This document shows positions 23,115-34,012 of a DNA stretch of 35,215 nt, piece by piece. Position 1 is the stretch's first letter; every line of letters begins with the position of its first letter. The position numbers and the translations under genes are program-made. Below the pieces are notes generated by a model. It ran no database searches. It was not told where the DNA came from and was given only the letters and a program-made list of their open reading frames with translations. Origin of the DNA: Octopus bimaculoides (lineage: Eukaryota); NCBI RefSeq assembly GCF_001194135.2, contig NC_068988.1, positions 61,288,124-61,323,338 on the forward strand. The letters run 5' to 3'.

Positions 23115-24108
23115 AATATTGTATCTAGTTTTCTAGATTTAGGAGCAGAATTTTTGAAGTATTGAACAAAATGCATTTTCTGCGATTAGTTTTAGTGCGC
23201 TCTGAGTTGAAATCTCAACCAAAATCACGGCTGCTTTTCAACATTCACTGGCAGGGCTTCCTTCAAATAATAAAACACTTAATTACTGGATCAGTTTAAT
23301 TTACTACTCCACTACCACATGTATATGACATTGCATCTTTGACGAAATTTATTTTTTCCTACATGTACAAAGAATCATGCCCGTACGAATCTCAAGTATA
23401 TCAATGAAACTTTTATTATTTTTGTAATAGATTCGCAGGGAAATCCTCCAGTATATTATTAAGCTTCAATTTTGGAGAAATGAAACTCGGATCAACCCAA
23501 CGCACAGGCAACATTTTTCAGCATTTTTTCTGCCACCTTCATCTCCCTCCCTTTCTCTCTATCTCTGTCTGTCTCTCTTATTCTGTCATTGTGCGTCTCT
23601 CACTTTTGCTGTAATTATTTGGCTTTCAACACTGTCCAAATCAACGATAATAACTTCAACAAATACGATCCAAACGGGGAATGTACATTAACTACTACAG
23701 AGAAGACGAGTACATACGTTTATAATTATAGAAAAAATATATTTTCATAAATATGCAAATATCAAATACCATAAGACATTACACAATAATAACATAATGT
23801 AAACAAACATTCGTAAACAAATATAATCAGAAATATAGCAAATAATCAATCACGTGCAAAAATAAATAAAGAAATAATTACAGAAAATCTACAAAAAGTA
23901 ACGAGAATGAGAGAAGAGAAAATTTGGAAGAATCATTTAAATTTAATTTATTTTTATTGTTGTTGAATGAAATTTTTTGGCTAAAATATTTTTAAACACA
24001 GTATTTAATGTTCCATTTCGTTCGTTTCCAAAATTACTTGACATTAATTATGTATATGTACATTCATATACATATACATATACATATATATACAAATATG
24101 TACATGTA

Positions 24109-24173
<65 letters not shown>

Positions 24174-24761
24174 GTATACACACATATACATAAATACACA
24201 CACACATACGCACACACACACGCATATAGTTACATACATATATGTAATTCGTATCCATATTTAAAAACAGGCACACACATACCCCGAAATATATACATGA
24301 ATATATAAGCATATACATATTATAAGCGTATGTATGTACAGACACAGATACATATATACACATATGTTTGTGTACATGTGTGTGTATGTGTGTGTATATG
24401 TGCACATGTGAGTCCATTTTCATATGCATGCGTATGTCCTCATTTGTTTTATAATATATTACCGAAATATCATGTCTGCCATCGAAGTGAGGCTCCTTTC
24501 ATGTTGGCAAACAATTTTCTGGCGTTATGGCTCTTTAATTTGAGTTATTGTCTCAGACAAATTCCTTTGTTCAGTCGGCCTCTACTTTAGCACTATTTTG
24601 GCTGTCATGTCTTTGACAACAAGATTGCATTTTCCTTCATGATACCTGCTTCCTTAAATTCGCTTAATTACCAAAGTCTCATTAAGGTTGTTCGCATATT
24701 TACTCGTTCGTCATTTCCTTTAAAATCTTGTTATTCGTGACTCTATAAAACGAACCAATAG

Positions 24762-24813
24762 TGATGATGATGATGAGGAGGATGATGACAATAATGATGA
24801 TGATGACAATCAC

Positions 24814-24859
<46 letters not shown>

Positions 24860-25272
24860 GCAATGAAGACGACGACGATGATAATCAAAATGATGCTGCT
24901 GCTGCTGATGATACTGATGACGATGGAGAAGATAATATGATGGTAATTACGATTATGATGATGGTGATGGTAATGATGATGATGATGCTTATGATAACGA
25001 TCACTATCATCTTCACTGTCATCACCATCAACAGCCTAACCATCATCAACATCACATTCCTCATTGCTGTCATATTATTCGTGATCATGGTTATTATTTT
25101 GTCATAAGAAACCTTCACCATCAATATTATTATTATCACCCAGCTTCATAGACATCGCTTTACCAGCACCAGAACCAGCACCAGAACCAGCACCAGCACC
25201 ACCATCATTGTCATCTCTTATCCATCCTCATCACCATCATCACCACTACCACTAACACCTCCTCCTCCTCCT
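24762..25272. repeat. Low-complexity (GAT)-rich block switching to a (CAT)-rich block, with (ACCAGC/A)n and (CCT)n
   Basis: Read directly from the sequence. Polarity switches near 25000. Confidence 0.9.
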
Positions 25273-25284
25273 CACCCTCCTTTC

Positions 25285-25394
25285 TAAATTTATCGAACCC
25301 GTAAAGATGAAAGGCAAAGTCGACCTCACGCGTTATATCAACCCTGAACGTAAAGACGGACGAAATGCCGCTAAGCATTTTACCAGGCGTGCTA
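25285..25394 (-). mobile_element. Truncated SINE family A fragment abutting (TAT)n
   Basis: AAATTTATCGAACCC...GATGAAAGGCAAAGTCGACC...GACGAAATGCCGCTAAGCATTT...GGCGTGCTA matches the family A body on the minus strand. Confidence 0.85.
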
Positions 25395-25396
25395 AA

Positions 25397-25451
<55 letters not shown>

Positions 25452-25470
25452 AATATTAATAATAATAATA
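25397..25470. repeat. (ATT)n|(AAT)n quasi-palindromic microsatellite
   Basis: Read directly from the sequence. Axis at 25448/25449. Confidence 0.9.
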
Positions 25471-26708
25471 AAAAAAAAAAAATAATAGAAACAACGCCAA
25501 GCATTTTGTCCACAACATGATGTCGATCATAGCAACGATTTGAATTTAATATTTTCACAGATGTAAATGCGAAGTGCAGTACAATATTATATGGTGAAAA
25601 GAAGATAAGAAGATAAAAGAACATACAACTTAAGAAACTTCTTTTGTCGGATTAGATCACCTGATTTTTATTTACCAGTTATATTTGTGATGGTGTCTTG
25701 TGCACCCAGATACACACCGCTGACATGGTTTTGAGTATGGCTGTTTCAGTTTTTTTATAATATGTTAACATGAATTTACTAAGATCCGTTCTCTTTATGT
25801 GTTCACTATATTCGAAACTTAATTCCGCATGTTGCATTGACTTCATCGGCACATCCATGGAATCACAACCACATGATTTTCTCAATGAGTTGTCGATTTG
25901 ATTTGCGATGGACCGCAATATCGGTATCGGACTTAAATATATAGCAATTTACAAAATGATTAACACTGCACTATACATCAGCCACTAATATCCTCCGAAA
26001 CAATGAACTTAGTGTAAAATTTAAGAATTCACTGTGGGTTTGTAACTACAAGAAACTCAGATAAGAAGCTTCAGAGTGTCCAGTATTGTCATTGGTTAAC
26101 CCCAGATCGATAGTATTTTAGTAGACCAATATCAGGGATATACAGTGGCCAATATACGATAGCCATCATGCAATCTATTTTGTCGTACAGTGAATCTAAT
26201 ATTCATTTATCTAACTAGGCCTACTTTAACTTAATGATTTCAACTGCAATGTATCGGGCAACACCAAATTAAATAATTCTAACATAAGGGTTAACTGTTC
26301 TTTCGTCACCTGCTGCAGTTGCGCTACGAGTCAAAGTAAATAATATCAAAGAATAGAATTATTTTAATAGAATCAGACAAATTATGTGTTAATGGAAGTC
26401 CATAATTCGATACGATTGTTCTTCCTTCCTCCTTCTTTCCCTCTATCACTGTCTCTCTCTCTTGCTCTCGCCCCCTCTCTCTCTGACAGTCTCTATCTCT
26501 CTTGAATTCTCACATTAAATTTAGCGTGAACATTGAAATGAGTGGTTTACGGTCTATTTGAGTTCATTTAAATTAGAAAAACCTTTGTTGTTTGATATTT
26601 TCAATGAAGAATTTCTTTGTTTTTTTTTTTGCAATTCATGCGATAGCTATAGTCAAACGGAAATGCTAATTAATAATACACTTTCCATAATCTCCAGTGC
26701 TTATGGAA

Positions 26709-26875
26709 AGAAACAATTTTTAATTTATTACTACTTGAAATAATTCCTTAAAAGCTTATGCGTGAATCAAATCTTTGATATTTCGAACCGGTTGTTAGTT
26801 TTCCGGGTACATTGTACCTTCTCATTTCATATTTTTTTATGACTCTTTCGGTCTGTATGTTGCTGTTAACAAACT
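26709..26875 (-). repeat. Inverted copy of segment 28813-28984
   Basis: The reverse complement aligns at about 85% over ~170 bp by hand, including the perfect block AAAAATATGAAATGAGAAGGTACAATG. Confidence 0.92.
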
Positions 26876-27372
26876 AAAACGGCTTGTTCACTTCAGGGAA
26901 ATTTGGTTGCTTTTTTATAGCCATTTATTTGCTTACTACACAATTGGTCTGATACCTACGATAAAGTAATTTACAGTAGACTTTATATGAACAACCACGA
27001 ACTCAGCCGGCTCATATTTAATCGAATTCTACTTACTAAAATATTTTAATGTCTATGTTCTTTACANNNNNNNNNNNNNNNNNNNNNNNNNNNNNNNNNN
27101 NNNNNNNNNNNNNNNNNNNNNNNNNNNNNNNNNNNNNNNNNNNNNNNNNNNNNNNNNNNNNNNNNNNNNNNNNNNNNNNNNNNNNNNNNNNNNNNNNNNN
27201 NNNNNNNNNNNNNNNNNNNNNNNNNNNNNNNNNNNNNNNNNNNNNNNNNNNNNNNNNNNNNNNNNNNNNNNNNNNNNNNNNNNNNNNNNNNNNNNNNNNN
27301 NNNNNNNNNNNNNNNNNNNNNNNNNNNNNNNNNNNNNNNNNNNNNNNNNNNNNNNNNNNNNNNNNNNNNNNN

Positions 27373-27401
<29 letters not shown>

Positions 27402-27404
<3 letters not shown>

Positions 27405-27750
27405 AAGTTACGGACTGCAGTAGATAAGATCCGAGTTACATATGTTTCATATGTTTCATAGCGAGCAGAACCTTAGAAGTGGTAAATATCTAGGTGAGGT
27501 GTATACTGGAGGCTAGTCTTAGATCCAAGGATATCTTGATTAAATGAAAGTTTACATTGCTGCAAAGATATACATTTTAACGCACGGAAGATCTCTTGCA
27601 GCAATATAAACGTTCATTTAATCAAGATATCCTTGGTCTGGAGGTAGCCTACGGCATACACCTCGCCTGGATATTTTTGCTCTTTTGAGATTCCGCTCGC
27701 TATGAACCATGCGTAGCCTGAATCCTATCTACTCCATTCTGTAAACCTTG
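27402..27750. mobile_element. Long fold-back (MITE-like) element with ~160-bp inverted arms and 21-bp spacer
   Basis: Arms 27402-27569 and 27591-27750 match at about 125/161 by hand alignment, ignoring a 9-bp duplication in the left arm. Perfect 24-bp block CCAAGGATATCTTGATTAAATGAA (27525-48 / 27613-36). The right end is followed by TA. Confidence 0.88.
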
Positions 27751-27959
27751 TATTCTCATCAGCATGCCCGGCAACTCTGGTTACCTACCGTGAAATATAT
27801 AGAGAACTTTTTTTCAGTTTATCGTACTTCGACAAAAAAAAAATCCATAACCTTTCGTCTCAATAAACCACTATTGTCTCTGAATGTTGTGTTTTTTTAA
27901 TATTTACTACGGATTGCTTGAAGCTAACATTCTTCTTACACTTCGATCACTGGAGCTTA

Positions 27960-27961
<2 letters not shown>

Positions 27962-28031
<70 letters not shown>
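27962..28031. repeat. (CA)35 microsatellite running into a gap
   Basis: Read directly from the sequence. Confidence 0.97.
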
Positions 28032-28159
28032 NNNNNNNNNNNNNNNNNNNNNNNNNNNNNNNNNNNNNNNNNNNNNNNNNNNNNNNNNNNNNNNNNNNNN
28101 ACACAACACCAGTATTTGTAGGAGTAAGAGTGAAACCATCTGATAGCCTCAATAACGTA

Positions 28160-29026
28160 CCGTCATACTGAGAAACAAGGGAGATAAGCCACCCTTATAA
28201 TTTAAAATTTACCCCTTTTCCATTTATGAAACCAGCGTAAGGTGTTTACGCTCAATTCCCAAGCTGACAAGGCGAGGTGGGTTTAACCCGATGTGGCAGT
28301 GAGAACCACTGACAAGCGTTAATGTAAACATGAAATCACTGGTGAACTGGCTATGCCCGGTGCTTAGGGAATTTACCTCCCATTTTAATAAATGAGGGGG
28401 TGCGTTATTGTAGCTATGAACTGTTTTGACTCTTATGTAGCAATACTCGTGCTGACGTATATAGTTTTGCCTTTCGTTAGAAATATTGTAAATAAGCCAC
28501 CCCTATTGTTTATAATTTTCGCTTTTATCATTTATATAATCAGCGTATGATTTCTACGGTCATCTTATAAGCAGACAAGGCGAATTGAGTTTAACCCAAT
28601 ACGCCGGTGAGAACCACTGATAAGCATTAATGTAAACACGAAATCACTGGTGATCTAGCTATGCCCGGTGCTTAAGGAACTTGCGTCCCTTTTCAGTAAA
28701 TAAGACGGTGCGTTATTGTGGCTATGAGCTGTTTTGACTTATTTCCAGCAACACCGGTTCTGAATAGCGCCGTCAGTCGCGTTAGTGACGTTTTAGCACC
28801 CTCAGTCCCACCAGTTTGTTAACAGCAATATACTGTCTGCAAAAGTCATAGTAAAAATATGAAATGAGAAGGTACAATGAACTCAGAAGACCAACAACCG
28901 GTTCGAAATACCGAAGTTTTGATCCACGAATAAGCTTTTGAGGAATTATTTCAAGTAGTAAAAAAATTTTAAAAACTGTTTTCTCGTTTTTGCTTTTCGA
29001 TTGAAAAATTACTAATAAGCCACCCT

Positions 29027-29030
<4 letters not shown>
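28160..29030 (+). repeat. Tandem array of a ~523-bp unit (308-bp deleted copy, 523-bp copy, start of a third), possibly the left end of a Tc2/pogo-like DNA transposon
   Basis: ATAAGCCACCC(T/C)TAT at 28184, 28492 and 29015. The internal anchor GTGAGAACCACTGA at 28299 and 28607 gives a period of 308. TA|CCGT start at 28158-28163. No matching right end is seen. Confidence 0.8.
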
Positions 29031-29097
<67 letters not shown>

Positions 29098-29465
29098 NNN
29101 NNNNNNNATATGAACCATTTTGTTGCACAATGCGTCTCCATCTTTCCATTAACTAGAAAATACCCTTTTCCCAGAATTGAAGTTGTTTCATGGCAAATAA
29201 GTCGAAAGGTAATCACCTATAAATCGGCACGAACTTTCCGGACAGCCCAATACTTTAATTAAAGAATTTTGACGATATATAAATTTCCATTCTTCTTCAA
29301 GATGTATTGACTATATACTGTGTATACTACATGAAATCCAGTGAACGAACCCAGCATGTGCCTCACTGTCAAAAATATTCTACTTTATGAATAATAAGTC
29401 CGTACCCTACAAGAGTAGAGAGAAATTCGTCAGATTAATGCAAAGTTGTTATTATAATTGAACAG

Positions 29466-29680
29466 AAAGAGGCGGGCTGGCAGAATGGTAGCACACCGGG
29501 CAAAATGCTTAGCGGTGTTTTGTCTCTTTTCATGATCTGTGTTCAAATTTCGGTGGAGTCAGCTTTGCTTTTCATCCTCTCGGAGTCGATAAAATAATTA
29601 CCAGTGGAGCAATGGGATCGATGTAATCCACTATTCCCCACCCCTGAATTTCAGGCCTTGCACCTATAGTAGAAAGGATA
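29466..29680 (+). mobile_element. SINE family A copy, type I tail
   Basis: GGGCTGGCAGAATGGTAGCACACCGGGCAAAATGCTTAGCGG...GTTCAAATTTC...GAATTTCAGGCCTTGCACCTATAGTAGAAAGGA. Confidence 0.9.
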
Positions 29681-29733
29681 ATAACTAAACAAAAAAAAAA
29701 AAAAACATTAACTCTCCCGCTCTCTCTCCATAC

Positions 29734-29802
<69 letters not shown>

Positions 29803-29921
29803 AATTTATTTATGGGTTACGTGTAGAATATGCAAATAAACGTCCTGTTCCATTATGCCAGCCACCCTCTAATGATGCTGATTAGTAAGTCAGTTTTTCA
29901 GATAACATGTAGGATACATAT

Positions 29922-30230
29922 ATTATTATTATTATTTTATGTTTGAATTTTGTTTTGCATTTGTACAAGTTGGATCCAAGTCTCACCCAGAGACCTCAAG
30001 AGACAACAAGTTAGAAGTTCATGTAGGTGTTATGCCTAGGGTACCATATATTTGGATTTGTACAGTTTTGTTCAAGTGAATGTTTAAGAAACCATAAGAA
30101 AATTATGTGTTTGCTTTAAAATTTGAGATCACATAGACAGTATTTTACGTAGGAGATGGGCAGTTCCCATGAGCACTATCTTTTGAACTTCAGCCATTTT
30201 GGGGTTTCCTGGTATCTGAGCTAGGTAGTA
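29922..30230 (-). mobile_element. 3' end of a second R4/Dong-clade LINE lying between (TAA)n repeats
   Basis: Minus strand 30230-30129 reads YYLAQIPGNPKMAEVQKIVLMGTAHLLRKILSM*, the QKxxLxGTAxxLRK C-terminal motif. A ~190-bp 3' UTR ends in (AAT)5. On the minus strand (TAA)n resumes on the far side of the gap at 30231-30518. Confidence 0.88.
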
Positions 30231-30518
30231 NNNNNNNNNNNNNNNNNNNNNNNNNNNNNNNNNNNNNNNNNNNNNNNNNNNNNNNNNNNNNNNNNNNNNN
30301 NNNNNNNNNNNNNNNNNNNNNNNNNNNNNNNNNNNNNNNNNNNNNNNNNNNNNNNNNNNNNNNNNNNNNNNNNNNNNNNNNNNNNNNNNNNNNNNNNNNN
30401 NNNNNNNNNNNNNNNNNNNNNNNNNNNNNNNNNNNNNNNNNNNNNNNNNNNNNNNNNNNNNNNNNNNNNNNNNNNNNNNNNNNNNNNNNNNNNNNNNNNN
30501 NNNNNNNNNNNNNNNNNN

Positions 30519-30656
<138 letters not shown>

Positions 30657-30748
30657 ATAATAGCAGTTGGAAGGAATTTATAAATATTTAAATATACATA
30701 TGTATATTCAGAAGAGGAAGGAGTTGGCCACGGTAGGTTTAATGAATT

Positions 30749-30852
30749 GGAACCTAATGTCAATATCGGAACTTAATTAGAAACTAATGTTAATAGGTAG
30801 TTTTAAGGAATCGGAATATAATGTTAATATGGGAACCTAATGTTAATATGGG
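30749..30852 (+). repeat. Degenerate 19-bp minisatellite (GGAACCTAATGTTAATATG)
   Basis: Units at 30749, 30813 and 30832, plus a partial copy near 30780. Confidence 0.65.
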
Positions 30853-31456
30853 TAATAAATTTGGTATACTATTTCAGAATGTGATTAGCCCCTATATCAA
30901 GATTCCTCACTTTTTCGCATATACTATTCGATTAACAAGGATTTCGTCGATTCGTCGATGTGGCGACGATAACACTTGTCCTATTATTGACACACTACGA
31001 TTGAAACCAAAACCATGTAATTTGAAGTTGAAACATCTATGATACAGTCGAGCTTTCCCGAATAAAACATTAGATAATTTAGCCATATACACACTTACAA
31101 GACATGGTATATGTTTTATTATCGTTCAGCTATATCACACCTGACCTAGACTTACTATCAACAAAGTCAACATACAAACTTTAAGAAACATGTGTTAATG
31201 GTAACATTTTCTTTGTGAATACTTAATTATTTTAAATTAATGAATATTGGACAGAAGATAGAGTATAGATTTAAGACATTAAGTACTAAATTCGGGAAAT
31301 TCTCCTTAGATTTGAAGATAAGGTAACATTAAAAATGGTGGTTGTACTACTGTAGTACTGTCACGCTATAATTATCATTTTCCCATGTGGATAAGTGCCA
31401 TTAAGTGGAGTTAGATCAATTTAGAATCATCAGAGGAAAGATAATTAATCAGGTTC

Positions 31457-31481
31457 TATGTTACCAGGGTGCTATACTTAT

Positions 31482-31548
<67 letters not shown>

Positions 31549-31797
31549 AGTGTGTGTGTGTGTGTATACGTATGTGTGTATGTGTATATACATGTGTGTC
31601 TGTATGCGCATATACACGGGTATACACACATAAACGTATATATACATATGAATACATACTTATATGTGTATGCATACATATATACATATATAAATAAGTA
31701 TGTATATGTGTGTGTATTTATATGTGTATACATATATGTTTATTGGTACATAGACATATATATATATACACATGTGTGCATATATATATACATATAC

Positions 31798-31836
<39 letters not shown>

Positions 31837-31925
31837 TACATATATACACACATATATACATATACACACACAGAGACACACGTACACACACACACATATA
31901 TTATACAAACATACATACTTACGCA
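31457..31925. repeat. Alternating purine-pyrimidine low-complexity tract (TA/TG/CA)
   Basis: Read directly from the sequence. It explains the Y/I/V/C/T/H-rich ORFs in the track. Confidence 0.9.
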
Positions 31926-32440
31926 CAATAACATGTCTGTGTAATGGCGAAATTGGCTACCGATGTCTGCAGTTCAAACATTCTCTTGTTGATCATACCG
32001 GATGATAGACAAACTGGACTGGAACTGATGTTATCTAACGGTTTAATTCCCAGCAGCCGAATTCTTTAATCAAACTAATAGATTTTAAAGCTATATGTCT
32101 CGTAAACCACGTGGGCCATAACCTGGGTACTTGCCAACGTAATTCTTTCTACCAAGGTATAATTAGACGTTATAGGGGTATTCATTTTTTTTAACCTTTA
32201 ATCTTTCATTTCCTGGTTTTAGTCATTTGTTTTCGCCCATACTGGAGCACTGCGTTGTTCTTTTATTCGATCGTGTAATGTCGATTACAGCAATAAGGTA
32301 TTTTATCCTTTTGTGTAAAATATGAAATGCAAAGTTTCTAAAAACCAGAGGAGAGCAGATATAAGACAAATAATAGAAATAGAAGAAATAATTCTTTTAA
32401 ATGTTGATATAAGACTAGCAATATTGAAAGAGGACGTTAA

Positions 32441-32540
32441 TCAATTATAACGACCCCAATACTCAACTAGTACTTATTTTATCGATCCCGAAAGTATCTA
32501 AGACAAAGTCAATCTGATCGGAATTTTAATTCCCTACGTG
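32441..32540 (-). mobile_element. Degenerate SINE family A fragment
   Basis: CGACCCCAATACTCAACTAGTACTTATTTTATCGATCCCGAAAG...CAAAGTCAA...GGAATTT matches the family A core on the minus strand. Confidence 0.7.
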
Positions 32541-32748
32541 AAGACACTTTGTACAGCGTTCAAATGATTCTTCCAGCTGGCTTCATTAATTATAGAAAAA
32601 AAAATAATAATAATATCACGCTATAAGATGAAAACTTGAACCTCCATGTTGTGAAATTTGCCTCTTCAAATACACGGCCACTGCACTCCCACATCTGTAT
32701 CTATTTAATATATCTCTCAAATGAAGGATCTTAGTAGTTTACCTTTAT

Positions 32749-33128
32749 TGTTGGCACTCCGTCGCTTACGACATCGAGGGTTCCAGTTGATCCGATCAAC
32801 GGAACAGCCTGCTCATGAAATTAACGTGCAAGTGGTTGAGCAGTCCACAGACACGTGTACCCTTAAGGTAGTTTTCGGGGATATTCAGCGTGACACAGTG
32901 TGAAAAGTCTGACCCTTTGAATTGCAGGCACAACAGAAACAGGAAGTAAGAGTGAGAGAAAGTTTTGGTGAAAGAGTACAGCAGGGTTCACCACAATCCC
33001 CTGCCGGAGCCTCGTAGAGCTTTAGGTGTTTTCGCTCAATAAACACTCACAACGCCCGGTCTGGGAATCGAAACCGCGATCTTATGACCTCGAGTCCGCT
33101 GCCCTAACTACTGGGCCATTGCGCCTCC
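32749..33128 (-). mobile_element. Full-length tRNA-derived SINE, family B, with perfect 13-bp TSD
   Basis: Minus-strand head GGAGGCGCAATGGCCCAGTAG (A box 33118-33108) and B-box-like GGTTTCGATTCC (33075-33064). AGTTTACCTTTAT is duplicated at 32736-32748 and 33129-33141. Confidence 0.95.
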
Positions 33129-33561
33129 AGTTTACCTTTATATAGCGAGTCTATATCTTGGTGGAAACCATCAACAGAGAAAAGAATGTTGTTGTCTTAT
33201 TGTGTAGCAATTAGTGAACTTTGATCAAGCGAACATATGAATAAAATTCTTATATCATGAATAATTATAACTCGTGTGTCCGATAGAATAACTTTACCTA
33301 ATATGATCTTACTTTACATGTAGTAAACTAGGATTTGATAGAGTTTTTCTACTATTTCTAGCAGGTTTGTTGAATAAGGGTAATATGATGTTGCTTAGTA
33401 CTCTATGATCTGTGACAGAGATTTAAACCAAGATATTCTAACCGTGCTTCTACTCATATATTTATCTATAGTAAATATATCAATGATGTTAATATATTAT
33501 ACGATATTAACTCTGCGGCTAATTATCCCTCATTATCTCTTTCAAATATTTTTTCTGCTGC

Positions 33562-33779
33562 TAATGTTGTTCAGCTGGCAGAATGGCTAAACCGTCGAAC
33601 AAAATGCTTAGCGGTATCTCGTGCATCTTTAGTTTCTCAGTTCAATTTACGTCGAGAACGAATTTGTGCTTCATCGTTTCCGGGTCAGTTAAATAAGTTC
33701 CAGTTGATGACTGGGGCCGATCTAATCGACCTATCCTTCCCTTGAAATTGCTGATCTTGTAAACAAATTTAAAACCAAT
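33562..33779 (+). mobile_element. SINE family A copy, type II tail (first of a head-to-tail pair)
   Basis: CAGCTGGCAGAATGG...AAAATGCTTAGCGGTAT...CTGGGGCCGATCTAATCGAC...GAAATTGCTG...AAATTTAAAACCAAT. Confidence 0.85.
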
Positions 33780-33794
33780 TTTATTCTGCTGTGG

Positions 33795-34012
33795 TAAGGC
33801 GGTGAGATGGCAGGGTCGTTAACACGCTGGGAAAAATGATTAGCTGCATCTCGACCACTTTTTTGTCCTGAGTTCAAATTCCTCCGACGTCGCCGTTGCA
33901 TTTGAATGTTTCGGGACCGATAACATGAATACCAGTTGAGCACTGAGGTAAATGTAATCGACTTACCCCTTCATCAGTAATTGCTAGCATTGCGCCAAAG
34001 TTCGAAACCAAT
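33795..34012 (+). mobile_element. SINE family A copy, type II tail (second of the pair)
   Basis: TAAGGCGGTGAGATGGCAG...CTGAGTTCAAATTCC...TACCAGTTGAGCACTG...TAATCGACTT...AAGTTCGAAACCAAT. Confidence 0.85.

Noticed and set aside
23143-23240. Very degenerate SINE family A remnant
   Set aside because: Only scattered motifs (CAAAATGC, CTGAGTTGAAAT, GCTTTTCA) remain, too weak to list as a feature.
24700-25624. Poly-Ile, poly-Asp and poly-His ORFs
   Set aside because: They are translations of trinucleotide microsatellites, with no coding context.
28184-29030. CRISPR-like array from the recurring ATAAGCCACCC motif
   Set aside because: The 'spacers' are homologous to each other, the context is eukaryotic, and there are no cas genes. 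It is an ordinary tandem duplication.
33064-33128. tRNA gene
   Set aside because: A and B boxes are present, but the sequence continues into a SINE body with a TSD and I could not form a full cloverleaf with acceptor stem. It is a SINE head.
33365-33379. 15-nt microexon candidate (…TTTCTAGCAG|GTTTGTTGAATAAGG|GTAATA)
   Set aside because: The splice signals are plausible, but such matches are common and cannot be supported without RNA data.
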